64,000 bases of DNA from Geosiphon pyriformis uo1 (taxonomy: Eukaryota; Fungi; Glomeromycota): positions 160,940 to 224,939 of the forward strand of contig JAAOMT010000620.1 in the NCBI GenBank assembly GCA_016748015.1, in the 5' to 3' direction. Positions 1 to 14,269 of this stretch are shown piece after piece (position 1 is the first letter of the stretch; each line of letters begins with the position of its first letter). The position numbers and the translations under genes are program-made. The notes under the pieces were generated by a model. The model had not been told where the DNA came from and ran no database searches. It saw only the letters and a list, made by a program, of their open reading frames with translations.

Positions 1-592
1 CTTTTACATCAATGTAATAAATATGTATCTAAGTGTATTAGTAAAATTTGTGTCTTGTTCATTGTATTATTACGAAATTTCAAATTCCCATTTCCCTTCT
101 GCTCTGTTCTCTTATGTTCTGAAATATTAAAAATAAAAATTTAGTTCTGTTTTTTTTAAAAAAAATTTTTTTTTTCAAAGGAATTATCATGTAATTAAAA
201 TTTAGAAAGCTTTGAAAAGATTAAAAATATGAAAATTATGTTATCCCATCAAGAGATAGACTGAGAGAGATATATTAACATCTTAAAAAGATTTTTAATT
301 CATATATACATGCTTTTTCCAATTCAAACAAATAAAAGTTGATCGAAATGTTCAATTTCTTAATAGGTATATTTACAAATTAAAACGGGATACATTTGTA
401 ATTTACAATTAAAAATTTTTGTAGTCTAATGTATCCCATGATGCATAATTCTTTAAATTCAATTAAAATCTTTTGTAAAAATGTTGTTTTCACTTTTAAA
501 CTTATCGTATTATTAAGAAAGATAAATAAATTAAATGCAAATTTTTTCAAAGCTTAAACAATGAAAAATAAATATAAAAATCTAAATCTGTC

Positions 593-630
<38 letters not shown>

Positions 631-1035
631 TGCAAAATTATTTAATGAAATTCTATTAATATATTGTTATGTTTTTTATAGTCAAAAAACATAAAAAAAA
701 CAATATTAAAATATTTCAAAAACCTAAATTGACTAATAATTAAATTTGTGTTAAATTTTTTTTGGAATTAAATTATAATGTTGTGTTCTGAATTACAAAT
801 TTGTCCTGATTAACAATTGAGATATGTAGTTTTGTGATCAAAATCAAAATATTAATCATTTTCCAAAAATTAATTTTAAATTCTAACTATTTTTCTATTT
901 AATTTGATTTGATTTGATTTGATTTGAGACACAAAATGAAGATTAATTCTTGGAAAAAATTTTAATTACAACTTTTATTAAAGATAAAAACACTTAATAA
1001 AAAAATCGTCAAATCAGAATATTTTTGGTTTTATT

Positions 1036-1066
<31 letters not shown>

Positions 1067-3580
1067 ATAAAATACATTGAATAAACAACTATTATTTTTG
1101 TTTAATAGCTTTTAAAAAATTTACTAAAGAACAATTCTACTTTTTTACACATATATTAATGAATTATAGTAAAACCAATCTTTGAAATTAACATTCAAAC
1201 AGTTGTTAATTACAAATTAAGAAAACAGGCAAAAACTGTTTACAATAGACAAAATTAGCTATTAAAAGAATAAAAAAATTATTAAAATTTAACAAAAAAA
1301 TTCGATTATTACTTTTAAAAATAAAATGGGGAAAATATTAAAAAAAAAACATTTGACAAAATTAAGTAGAATACTAAGCTTCTCCGTAACGATAAATATT
1401 ATAGCAAATTATTTAAATATGTTATTATGCAACAGATAATTTTTATTAAAGCAATCATTAAAAGTTCAGGTTCAAAGTATAAAATTAATATAAATTAAAA
1501 ATTATCAAAGAATTATTATTTTAAAAATTTTTAATGAATAAATGTAATATTTTATAACAATATTATTATTACATATATATTATATATCAAAAATTGAAGT
1601 TGAAATTAAATTATAAAAACGTTTAATTTAATAATGAAACAGCTTAAAAACAACTTTATTATTGCTTTCAAGATTTGAAAAGTTTCTAAAATAAAAAATA
1701 TTTATCAGGTTTATAAAATTTCATTTAAAATATACTTTACAATTATATTTTTTTTTGTTTATCAATTTCAATTACAGATAACTATATATTTTTTATATGT
1801 TTTCATTTAGCATTGACATTATATTTTTTTCACAATATTTAAAGTCTCAATCCTCAAATAACGGTTTAAAGTTATTTTGTGACAAAATAAAGCATTTTCT
1901 TGAGTGATTTATCTGCTGAACTTTGTATCTGCTTCAATTAAACACTTATGGTTCCGAACAGCTTTCAGGTAGCTGCATAATTAGTTCTTTATTCGTTCCA
2001 AACCACAATTCATCAAAGAGATAAGATTTCATGTCGAAATCATATTGGAAAACAAAGAACATTTAGAATAGACAGTTTGAGTATTTTGAGTTAATGCATC
2101 AATATTTTATTTTGCAAGAACTTTACAGTCTTTTTCTTTTCGATAGGATTTTGCCATTTTGTTATCATCCTTTTCTGGATTCCTCACGAAGCCCCAAAAA
2201 TTGAGCAATACAGAGTAACAGGTATAATTTTAAGACCACTCGGCGGATGGCAATTAAGAAATAATTATTTTTCTGCAACTTGAACCATTCCAAGCTTTAA
2301 TGGTGATGTTAAAGATCTCAAATGTTTCTATGTATGATCTGTTTTTAGCTCGAGAGCAAGGCTAATAAGCCGCTTCGCAATAAACCAATAATTAGATTTT
2401 AGGTTAAATAAAAATTAATGAGATCAATGAATTATGAAAATGTAATAAAAATATCCCCATTCTCCCTTTCCATTTTATCATATTAATTGATATTATGATA
2501 GTACTCGGATATGAAAGTGGCCCCTAATTAATCTATTATATTATATTATAAATACACACATATTTTACCATGTTTTTTAGCCAATATTTAAACCTCAACA
2601 TTTTAAAACAAAAGATTGATTATTTTATGTCTTATTTCAAAATCATTGATTTGTTTTTTTGAATATCGAGTTAAGATAAAGAATAAAACAACTTTCAACT
2701 GCCCAATAAATAAGGTCATTCATTCTTATTTAATAATCTGAGAACTTAATCTGGCAAAGGTTTAAGACCACCCATTCTCATTCACAATCTCTACGAATTC
2801 TTAAGTTACAAAAACTTTTAGTTTATCCAAAGTATAAATTTTCTACCTTTAATATTTCAAAAATAATAATATATAATTTTTTAATAAGAAAACGCTTTAC
2901 AGTCAATAATCCTCACACTCGAAAATAGAGGTAAACTTCTTTTAAAAATGAAACTATATTTTTAAACATGAATAAAAAATCAACTCCTCCCTCAAATTGA
3001 TTTTGTCGATTTCAATTAAAACTTGAAATTCATCGATTGTGTACATAGAATGCTTTAATCCATCATTGCTAACATAATCAAACACCAAACCCAACTCTGA
3101 AAAGGCCTTTTACATTAAAAAAATGCAAAAAGCTTATCATTTGTAGAAAATCAACTGGGACGCGGGGTGGTTCAAATAATTTACCAAATAAATTCAGCTC
3201 AAAGAAAATCTTAAGGTTTTCAATGATTATTTAGACGACGAAAAAAAACTGCCCTGTTATATTTTCAGGCTTTTTGTTTTTTTTCTCAATGAAAACATTC
3301 AATTTTAAAATTTAGATAAATGATCAAGTTTGAAAAATTGAAGCTTAAACTAATTAATTTAAAACAAAAAAATATTTTAAGAAAAATATCTCTTTCGAAT
3401 TGTATTCTTACTCATTTTTTTAAATTCTTTATTAGATTCACCTTTTTAAATTCATTTTTAAATGTATCGCTAAGGAATTTTGGGTTATCCCTTAATTTAA
3501 GTTTATTTATTGAAAGTATTCTAAAATTATAATATGAAGTTTATATATTTATAATCAATTAAAAGCAAAAAATTTACTAT

Positions 3581-5029
3581 TTAACCATGTTCAAACCCTT
3601 GAAAATCAATATTTTCAAATCCCTCACAATTATTCATCAAAATCCCAAAGTAAGGACCTTGGTGCACAAAATCTTCTGGAACATCGCTGAAAGTTTGGCT
3701 GCCATTGCATATCTATCGATTAAGCAAACGCCAAAAAAAATTAAGAATTTCATGTTTCAAATATGATTACATTAAAAGAGTAACACTTACTTGACTCTCG
3801 CGATCAATTGCCGCTGCCCTACAAACATAATACTCCTCCCTTATATTATTATTATTATTATTATTATTATTATCCTCGCAGTTACAATCATTTGAAATTG
3901 GCTTAATCCATATCTCAGGATCTGAATGTGCCATCATTCCTTGAATACCAATAGGGAAATGAGGAACATGATCATTGCCATGAGTGACTCTAAGGATCCT
4001 GCTTTTATTAAGGTTGGTAGATCTTGCGAAACTTGGGTTTCCGACTCTTGGGGCGCCAAATGTAATCACCTGAAAGGGCATCAGTTTGTATAGTATGCCT
4101 AGATCCTTTTGAATTTGAAACAATTGGCCTACTAATGTTGCATAAGCTAAGAAATTGAAAGTAGTTCATTAGCTGGGATGTTATCTCTTGAAGATCAAGA
4201 CTATAGAATTTTCACTGAAAATACAAACCACCACCAACAGCATGCCCTATAAAATAAATCATGTCGACTTTAACCCTTTCGATTGCAAAAACATTATCAA
4301 ATTTTTGAATTATAAGAGGCCACATATACAGAACATCTTCCAGCCATTCTTGGTCTACTAAATTAAGAGTTTCAGACTCAGTTTCGAAATCTGGATGCTT
4401 AAATGGGACGAGTTTTGGTTTTCTTGAAATCCATTGTGATTTTGTCAATGTCTTAAAATGTGTTTTCAAGAACGGGTTAAAGTAGAGTCAAAGAAATTTG
4501 GGTTGAAATAATAATCAAGAGAAAATTTTCCGCGATAGTTTTTCAAACGTTAAATACCTTTCCTTTAAAGTAGATAAAAATATTTGAGGATGAGTGAGAA
4601 TTAGTCATAAAAACTCCTCCATGTGCTTTAAAAAGAGAATTTATAATTAGAATGTAAATCAATAGAAACAATATCAAAAGATCTTTTTTCTCATAATTTA
4701 CCCACTACACCATCTTTTCTAGCCAGTTCTCCAAAAATATTTTTTTGTGGCATGCAGTAACCATAATTTGCTATAGCTGCAAAGGATCGAAGACCCAGAG
4801 CTAGGCTCTTGGTTGAAATAATCGCTTCTTTTAATATGTGGCGAGGTATTCCTATATGGGTGAAGAAGTAGTTTAAATCGGACCAAATATTATCGTTTGT
4901 AGAATTGACTTGGTCATATTTTGATGCAAAATATTTCTCGTTCGAATTTGAAATTTCAAGATTCTTTGCAACAATAAAAAAGCTACCAAGAAATATCAAG
5001 AACAAATTCACGAAAAATAAAAATTTCAT
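3581..5029 (-). CDS. Secreted class-3 lipase-like protein, copy A (nucleophile Ser replaced by Ala); 5 exons, ~368 aa
   Basis: Hand-spliced GT-AG exons 5029-4702, 4625-4558, 4451-4229, 4146-3791 and 3712-3581 give an open frame. It has a signal peptide (MKFLFFVNLFLIFLGSFFIVA). Motifs IFIYFKGK, GHAVGGAYA, TFGAPRVGN, NDHVPHFP and FVHQGPYFG align with Rhizomucor-type lipase motifs IYIVFRGS, GHSLGGA, TQGQPRVGD, RDIVPHLP and DHLSYFG. Confidence 0.9.
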
Positions 5030-8000
5030 TCTTTCTCACAGAAAATTGTATTAATGGATTAACCTTTTATTGTTATCGAAATGATTATTTTTGGTTATGA
5101 AACAAAAATCGCATAAATCGCCCCTGATTGGAGCATATATACTAACGATGATGATGATTGCAAAATTTATGGGCGATTACCATTTTAAGGATTTTATTTT
5201 AAAGTTTACCATGTTTTGCATCTTAAATTTTTGATTATAGACCAGTTTCATCTTAAGGCTAAATTTTGGTTTTTAATAGCGAATATATTATAGTAAAATA
5301 ATCTTATCAATTACTGAAAAAGTGAGTTTTTGAAATGTTGACTTTTTTAATTCATTTTTATTTTTAAAATTATCTTTTTTTTATAAAATAATAAATGATA
5401 GACCACACTTTTATTTTTATTTTATAATTTTATGTGTAAATTTAGGTTTAGAAAGTAACAAAAATTCCAAAGGGAAACTATTAAAAATTTAAAGCTTAAT
5501 TTTTTTGGCCAAATGCTTTGCCTTTAATGTCTTTGAAGATTGTAATATGTTTCAGATTAATTAAATTCCAATTCTAGACTCTTCATTGACTAATAATAAT
5601 AACCAAAAAATTAAAGCAAACAAGCTTCTAAAGATATTTTTTAAAAATTTGTCATCTTAGAACAATAAGAAAGCAGAAAATTACTATTGATTAAACGTGC
5701 TACAAATAAATATAATACTTTATTTATAAATAATCTAAATAGTTTATCAAGATTATTGGAAGTGGTAAATTTTAAGCTAAATGAGATTTGTTGCAATTTT
5801 AATACTAGAATTACTATATTAAATAAAACATGTCAAATAAAAAAATAATTAAAATGTTAGTAGATATTTTGCCATTAATAAATTATTTGCATTGTATATA
5901 TTGTAGGTGTTTAATAGTTTTAATCGCATTTAATTTTATACTCATTATTAAAGCTAAGTTATATATAGTTAAAAAATGGAATAAAGTCAGTGGCTTTTGG
6001 TACTAATTATACAATCCTGTGTAATCGATTTGCAGCTAATTTTTTTTGGTCACAAACTGTAGTAAGGAATTCAAAGAAAAAGTCAGGCCACAACCCATCA
6101 TTCAATGTGGTGGGTCATACTTCATTAACTTATTGGCTTTTCTTTTTAATGTTATCATGTTATTTATGAAAATATAGCTGAAAATTAATTTATAGTAATT
6201 TTGAAAAAAATGACTTCTTGAAATTTTATTAGGATTAAAAAAAGTGTTTTAAAACTGATATCAATTTATTCATTATATATTAATTTTTTTTTATTCTTGC
6301 GTTCAAATTGAACATTGAAAAATTACAAATATTGATTCTGTTATCAAAGCCGCCTTTTTCACGCCTAAAAATTTTCTCAGGCATGAATTTAAATTTGGTG
6401 TTTAGAATCAAACACATTATGAATAAAATTATTTTATATTTGTATTGATTGTTCTCTTTTAGAATGAACATCTTTTTTATTATATAATTCAGGTTCAAAT
6501 GTTTTAATGACTCTGGATAAATTTCTCGGTCAATCTCAAGGAAAATTAATCTATTAGAGAAAATTTATAAGTATATTGGTCATGGATATTTAAATTCCAA
6601 AAAAGATTTATATTGTTTCTTATCAACCCTTAAAAAATATATATTTAATGACTATGAGCATTTTATTTTAACTATTTTTGAATATCAATGACTATTGTTA
6701 TTTTTGAATGATCTATAAAATTTATAATTTTTTATATGTTTCAAAACAATGTCAGTTTCAATAATTTTCAGCCTAATAAATGATATAAACAAAAAATAAG
6801 ATACAAAATCTCAAATAGATAATTTGCTTTGAAAAATTTTAAGCTTCTAAGGAGTTTTATTAATTAGCAAATTAAGCAAGAGTGTTGAAGATAATTAATT
6901 TGATTTATTAAGAAAGCTTTGAGTTACAAATTTTGGTTTCTACTGAACATAAATTAAACTATAGTAACAATAGAGAGAAATAATTTTGTTTCCTTTTCAG
7001 AACTTTAAGATGTGAGTAAAAGAAACACTAAAGCTAAAAACAAAAATTATAGGCATGTTCAATAGGTTTATTTTGCTATTGTTGAGGTTAATGAATGAAA
7101 TTAAAAAATAACTTGGTTTTTAATATAGTGAGTTATTTAGTCTTAAATATTAAAATAGGCATAAAAATATTTTGGTTTAGAATTTTAGACAAAACTACAT
7201 TTTTGGTCTCAAAAGACAATGAGAACTTTACTATTGTCCATGATTTTTTTGCTTTTGCTTAAAATATTGAATCTAATAAATCCCAATTCAATGAAAAAAG
7301 TATTTTTACAATTAAATTCTTTTCGTATGGCAAACTTTTCTATTATTTTTACAGACATTCAAGCATAAGGATAAACAATAAAAACTATCAAAAACTTTTA
7401 TTTCAATTGCTTGGAATACCCATTAGGGAAGAATAAGTTATTTAATAGTCATGTTTTATAGCTTTTCCTATTATATATAACCAAATTAATATTTAGGATG
7501 TCACCTTAGGAAAGAAAAATAAAATGTTTTTCTCCCATTTGTGAAGCAAGTTGGAAAAAAGAACATTTAAAAAAAAGTACTTATAAAATCTCCTCAAATT
7601 GAGAAAATATTTTGTTGAAAGTTTCGATTTGAACATTTCAATTTATTAGGACTTCTTTACTCTCTTATTGATGATGCAATGAGATTAGTAAATAGATAAG
7701 AATTTTGCTTTGAAAATTTTGACAAAGTTTTCGTCAATATTGACATATTTCTTTTGAAGTACTATAATCTTCTAGTGACTTGTATCACTTATTTTCAAAC
7801 AAAACTTTTGCCAAGGATTATTGGCCGAACTGGAAATGAAGCCTTGGAAGGTTCCCAATAATTTGCTTATTGAATGAGTTCATATCGAATTAAATCAAGA
7901 GCACCAATAATTTTAATATTCCTGATTCATTTATTCTTTTACAATTCATCAAATATGAAATTTCTTAGTATGGCTAAGAAATCATGAATTAATAATACAA

Positions 8001-8357
8001 AATTCGAATATAAATTAGGAGATATAATAATTTTCGAAAAATTTAATTGATTTTTAAGTTATTCTAAAATTTTGCGAATCTTTTATTTTGATTCTGTTGT
8101 CCAGAAAAAGAAAGTCTTTCCTTTACATATTTAAATATTTCCAAATTTTAAAAATAAGGTATTTTTGCCTTCTTGTTTATGATTAATTGAGAAATTAGCT
8201 TTGATTACAATTATGCCAAGTTACCTCTAAGCGGTGATGATCTATATGAGGCAAATTATTAATTTTTCTGCAGTGGGTTTATCATCTTTCAGGGGGTATA
8301 AAACATAAATAGCTTTCTTTTTAAGATATATTATTTTAAGCTTCTTATATCTTATCA

Positions 8358-9843
8358 ATGGCATCCCAACAACTCTTTCACACTTTATCTCACGATATTG
8401 GGAACTTATTGAATAATCATAATTTTTCTGATGTTAGGATTGTTGTTGGCAAAGTGCCTGATATTAGAACTTTTCATGTTCATTCACAAATTTTAGCAGC
8501 AAGATCCTCGTATTTTGCTATAGCCCTCTTTAGTAATTGTGTTAAAAGAGAAAATAACACTATCGTTCTTTCTAAGCCTAATATATCACCCCATATTTTT
8601 GAGATGATTCTTAGGTGATTATATTTTATTTGCTTGATATTTCTAATGATAACTATTTAAAAATTTTGTTTTATTTAGATACATTTATAGTGATGAAATC
8701 TCTCTTAATGAACACGGAGTACTTAAAATCTTAGAATTGCTTATTGCTGCTGACGAGTTTATTCTAGAACACCTTATTGACCACCTTGAGGATTATCTGG
8801 TTGAACACCATGCAAAAGAGTTGGAAGAAAATTTTGCCACTTTTCATGAGACATCTTTTATGCATCATTCGTTCAAAAAGCTACAAAAATTCTGCACTGA
8901 AATAGCTATCAACGATCCAGCAGCAGTCTTAAACTCTCAAGATTTTACCTCCCTTACTGAAAATGCTCTTTCTTCAATTTTAACCCGAGATGATCTAAAT
9001 ATAGAAGAATCTGAACTATGGGAAAAAATTGTGGAATGGGGAGTTGCTAAATTTGATCCAAAAATTCAGATGAATGAAGTTCTTAACTGGACAGATGAAA
9101 ACTTTAGCGCCTTTAAAGAATCTGTTGAAAGGCTTCTACCTTTAATCCGCTTCTTTAACATATCTTCAGTTGACTTTTATCACAAAGTAAAACCATTTGC
9201 GAGAATTTTACCTGGAACCTTATATGAAGATCTTTTACATCATTATCTCGTACCCGGTAGTCATCAAAAGTCTGTAGACGCTCAGCCATTACGATTAAAT
9301 GTTGATTCAAAGCTTCTTCAATTGCATGATATAAAACAGCTTGATCATTGGGTTCAAGGCAAAGACGAAAGCACTCCTCTTCAAAACAAACTTGCAAATG
9401 ATTTTAAATTACTACTTCGAGGCAGTCGGGACGGATTCTCACCAAATGATTTTCATCGGTTATGTGATGGAAAAGGAGCAACAGTTACTGTAATCAAAGT
9501 CAAAGGGACTGGTCAACTTATTGGTGGTTATACCCCAGAATCTTGGAACTCTTTAGGTTCATATATTAATGGAAAGGGAAGTTTTATTTATTCCCTTGGA
9601 GATGGCAAAGCTCAAAATGCTAAACTTAGTAAATTTGTTAAAGGAAGTGGACCTCTTGGTCATAAAAATCATGGGCCCCAATTTGGCACTAATATTCGAA
9701 TTTATAGTAATAATTTTCAATCTATTCCATGCAGTTGTAAAAAGGAATCAGATTATGAGCACACTATAATGCCTGGGTCAGAAAATAAAATGGTAGAATT
9801 TTTATTTGAAGAGTATGAGGTTTTTCACATCATTAAAAATTGA
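8358..9843 (+). CDS. BTB/POZ-BACK-TLDc domain protein (family expanded in Glomeromycotina), 2 exons, ~473 aa
   Basis: Exons 8358-8614 and 8679-9843 (GT-AG) join in frame (ILR-YIYS). BTB: FSDVRIVVG..FHVHSQILAARSSYF. BACK: RDDLNIEESELWEKIVEW..LLPLIRF. TLDc: FKLLLRGSRDGF..FHRLCDGKGATVTVIK..GGYTP..GPQFG..EEYEVF. Confidence 0.92.
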
Positions 9844-10493
9844 ATATGCTGTATCTTTTTTATCAAATTTAAAAAACAATTACTTTTTGATTGAAAAATA
9901 ATAAAATTTTTTTTTTAAAATGTATTATAAAAAAGAAATTAAATCAATCTTTTTAATCTGATAAAAATACCAATTACAACTCTTTTTTCTTTTTATAAAT
10001 TTTAAATTCTGTTCCTAATTAAAATTTTGTCAGTTTACTTTAATAAGATTTTTTAAATTGCAAATATATATATATATATATATATGTATAAATGCATCAA
10101 TTATCTTTAGTCCTTTGAAAAATTTTGGTAAATTTAAAAGTTAAAAATTAATTACCTTGGTAAATATAAATATTGCACATCTTTTCCGTTTTTTTATAGT
10201 GAATGTGATGTCAATTATAATATCGAATAGAACCAACATGTTAGAAATGACAAAAAAACTATTACCCTAAATGAATAAAATTTAATAAAATATTCGTTTA
10301 ATTTTAAAACTTTTAATAATAATTATCACCATCCGTATATATATACACTATTTAGCTGTAAAAAAAATTAAAAATACCTTTGGATTTTTCTTTTTTCCTA
10401 TAGAATATAAAGTTATTAATATTAATGCAGTAATAGCAATTGCAATTAACTTGAATTCGTTTTCTTGGCTAAAGAAATAGTGTAAGTATTAGG

Positions 10494-10494
<1 letters not shown>

Positions 10495-10536
<42 letters not shown>
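10495..10536. repeat. (GAT)n trinucleotide microsatellite
   Basis: Perfect GAT run, inside an apparent intron of the pseudogene. Confidence 0.95.
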
Positions 10537-10537
<1 letters not shown>

Positions 10538-11034
10538 TAATTTAATAGAAATCAAAAATTTTGAAGATTAAAGCATGATCACTCACGTTTAACTTCGAAT
10601 CCGTAAACATCATCTAAAAACCCCATATGTGAATAAATGCTAATGGAGGTCATTTGAAATTTCCATGGGATTTCTAGGAATCACTTGTTTTAAGTAATTT
10701 GAGGTCGTAATATTTCCCAGCCTGATGATGCTGATTTCGATTTATCCGTCTTATGATCAATGTATTCCTTTCAACTGGAATGGTTAAAGCTAATTGGTCT
10801 TTAAATTATCATAAAAAATTTATTGTTATTTCCACTTTCGGTGAAACTCAAGGTTCCGTTTTGATTGAGACGCAAAAGTCCAATAAGTGTGGCTTAAAAA
10901 TCAATGACAATCATTATGTATTTTAGTTAGATAGCGACATTTAAAATTTTCTAAAAGAGAATAAACAATAAACCTTGGTTACCTGCATGTTTGCCCTCTC
11001 GTTTTCTTTGCTCTAAAGGATTCGATTCAAAGGA

Positions 11035-11238
11035 AATGAACGAATGAACGAATGAACGAACGAACGAACGAACGAACGAACGAACGAACGAACGAACGAA
11101 CGAACGAACGAACGAACGAACGAACGAATGAACGAAGGAATGAATGAATGAATGAATGATCGAACGAATGATCGAACGAGTGAATGAACGAATGAATGAT
11201 CGAACGAGTGAATGAACGAATGAATGAACGAACGAACA
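11035..11238. repeat. Compound (GAAC/GAAT)n tetranucleotide microsatellite, ~200 bp
   Basis: Directly visible; it explains the spurious SFVR-repeat ORFs on the minus strand. Confidence 0.95.
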
Positions 11239-14200
11239 AATCAATAAATAATTAATATGTATGAAATTAATTCCCATATAGCAAAAATAAGTACATTTAC
11301 AATTTACCTGTTTAAAATTACCAAATATTTTTACAAATTCCCTTGATAGCTTTATTGAATTGTGCATCTTTCACAAAATTATTCTTGACGACGATAAAAT
11401 AATTTTTATCCAGTTGATTAAATGTGATTTTTAATACTTCCACTATAACGGTTTTCTTATCCAAATCCATACGACAATTTCTTTCCAGATATATTTTACT
11501 TCGAAATCGGTTCAGTCTCATTTTTCTTGATAAATAGAAATATTATTATTGGTTACTGAGATTTCGTTTGAAATAAGTGATTATTATTTCGCGCCGACCC
11601 AATGAAATTTGCTTTTTACGAAGAGGGGAAGTAGTTTCGATAAAAGAATTTTCATAACCAATGTCAATTCAAATGAAAAATATTAATGAAAAACATAAAA
11701 ATCCACAAAAACACCACATGTCATTCAAATCTTATCTTTTCTTGAAAAATATGGTAAATTCTTGGAAAATAGTTTCTCCCAATGTAGCAGCCGAGAAAGT
11801 ATTGTTTTTTAAGGTGATCCACATAGATTTTGAATTCTGTGAAACATTTCATAATCAATGCGTTTTCCATATTGGTCATCTAAATATTATATTCAAAATA
11901 TCCGCATCGTCCGATCTATTGATTATAGTCAATTGCCCGCTATAAGGCAATTGATATCTACTTTGTTCTTAGCCAGATTACTTATCGTGTCATATCTTAA
12001 TACTAGACCACTTTTAAGAAATGATATATTTTTCAGTTCCAAATTTCTTTTCTAGGAAACAATAATAACCCAAATTATCCGTTTGAACACTACATTTCAT
12101 AATCCACAATTTATTTGCATTCCTATTGATCGAATAGAAAATGAGGACCCAAAATAAACTGTTCCTGGATCCAAAAATGTGACATATACGGGATATTTTG
12201 TCATGTTTCTACTGAAGGAATCATAAATAATATATATGCAAACCCAAAGCCTCCTTCAGTTGTGACAAAAGAGTAATTCGATGTTAAATTTCTTTTTAAA
12301 TCAAAGCTTTTTAGGACTAAAGATTGTATTGATTTTTTCATTAGATTTAGTTCTACAAACAGTGTAAATTGAATGTTTAAGATTATTGAGGTTCATATTA
12401 AAATATTTTCAAATCTTATATTTATAAACTTACGATGCATTATAAATAGTCCACACTATCATGTCATCCTTCGACTGTATATAATTCGAGATAAAAATTT
12501 TCTCTCCTTGAATATTATTTCTTAGATTATCTATCTGGTTTGAAAATGCAAATCAGTTTTTAAAAATAGCCTTTTGAAGAGCTTATCAGGGTCATCATTA
12601 AAGATTAAGATTCAAATTAGGTAAGAAAACATTTAATAAAGAATCCATTGTAAACTGTGTTTTATATAATTTTCTCATTTGCAAACCTTTTTTTTAGAGA
12701 AGTAGAAGTTCATTTGTAGTATGATTCGAACAATTAACTTGAAGGTTTCGAAGGGTTTTGATTTATATACTCTCAATAATTCAAATAAAATTTTGACCCC
12801 ACTAAATCCTAATCATTGAAGAAATTTTATTAGGTTAAAAATTTCAGCCTATTTAAAATAAAAAAGTGAATACTAGTTTAGAAATGAAATGCAATGCAGT
12901 TAATCAATCATTTTTCACCTTATAATTAATTCATATTTCATTAAATTTCAATTTTTTAAACAGCTTCTTTTTACTATTTCTAATAAGAAAATATCTAAAA
13001 AATTATTTAGTATTCCTTTTCTGTTGAATTTTTATTTTTCAAGTATAATTTTTAAATTCCTAATCTTCCTACTCCTGATACTCCGACTAATGCGGAAGGA
13101 AATAGAGTTATTGACCTTACTGAGTATAAGTCTAATATTCAACACAATTTAACTCACGAGACAATATTAAAAAAAACTTTCGCTCATTGACGAAGAAAAA
13201 AGTATATTTCTTTCCGGTAGTATTATGTTTTGAATGAATGTGTCCTAAAAAAAATTGGTGGTTGCAAGTTAGGTAACGAAAAATTATAAGGATTACCATT
13301 TAAGATTATATTTTACCAAATTAAAAATTTTGATTGCCCTTTAAAATAATTGCAAAATAGATGATGAAATCTATTCTCCCATGAAAAGAAATGAGTGAAA
13401 ATTTTAACGATTAAAAACTTTAAAAAGTCTTAATCCAAGATAAATCTAATAATTAGCAAAGAAAATATAATCTAGAAAGCTCACACTTCTCAAGTTAAAC
13501 TTGACATTAAAAAGCCTTTCAAAATAGTGTGATAAATCCAGACACCGACTAGAAGATATTTCACACTAAATGAATATAATTATTTTAATCCTGAATTTTT
13601 AATTAAAAATAAAAGACCATTGTGAATATCCTGAATATTTGAACACAACTAATTGATTTTGAAAAAAAAATTTCTAACCTTATTAATTCTTTCCTTATTT
13701 TGAATAAGTATAAAGCATAAGCATACTCATATTTTTTTATAAAATTTTTCAAGACAAACTATATTATTGTTATTCTTTTGGATCTTATTTCCATGATAAA
13801 TTGAAATTTGCAAAAAATTGAAAATAAACATTGAGAAATAATTTAAAGAAAATATCTAAACCTTTCAATAAAATTTGAAAAATTTTTTTATTAAAAGATC
13901 ATTTTTTTAAAGTTTTTATTATATATATTATGATTATGATCATAAATTTTTTTTAAAAGCTGAAAATAAAAACTATAATATGATATATTATTTTTTATCT
14001 TGATAATCAAAATTTAAAACAAGTATTTTGATTGTATTATAAATTAGAAAAGCTTTTTTAGAATAATTTCATTTATGCATTTTGATAATGAATGTGAAAA
14101 TACTGTTTTTTTTTTGAAAAATAAGAAAAATATATTTATATATTTGATGCTCTACAATAATAATTATTAATTATAAATAGCATTGTTTATAAATTTACTT

Positions 14201-14269
14201 AAATTTAGAGATTATCTCTTGGAGGTTTTTATACATTCTACTGAAAAATTGATTTTTTAAAACGGTTTC

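Larger units (their letters stand above)
10156..12290 (-). pseudogene. Decayed multi-exon gene of an uncharacterised fungal large membrane-protein family (extracellular region plus C-terminal TM segments)
   Basis: Minus-strand fragments occur in order with splice sites: ITLKNNTF; KITFNQLDKNYFIVVKNNFVKDAQFNKAIKGICKNIW; MTSISIYSHMGFLDDVYGFEVK|gt; hydrophobic FKLIAIAITALILITLYSIGKKKNPK|gt; GNSFFVISNMLVLFDIIIDITFTIK, then a frameshift in an A7 run to GKDVQYLYLP|gt. Many stops and frameshifts. The family is recognised from memory of Glomeromycotina hypothetical proteins; boundaries are approximate. Confidence 0.6.

Noticed and set aside
1900-2390. GC-elevated, coding-like patch (e.g. minus-strand FQYDFDMKSYLFDELWFG)
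   Set aside because: Stops in all frames tried and no motif recognised; possibly a pseudogene fragment but not supportable.
3320-3532. 70-aa ORF downstream of lipase A
   Set aside because: Lies antisense in the duplicated 3' flank, has AT-driven composition and no recognisable motif.
6280-8000. Short ORF and decayed coding-like sequence upstream of the BTB gene
   Set aside because: No recognisable domain or consistent frame.
10951-11367. ORFs with SFVR/SFIH repeats
   Set aside because: Translation of a tetranucleotide microsatellite, not coding.
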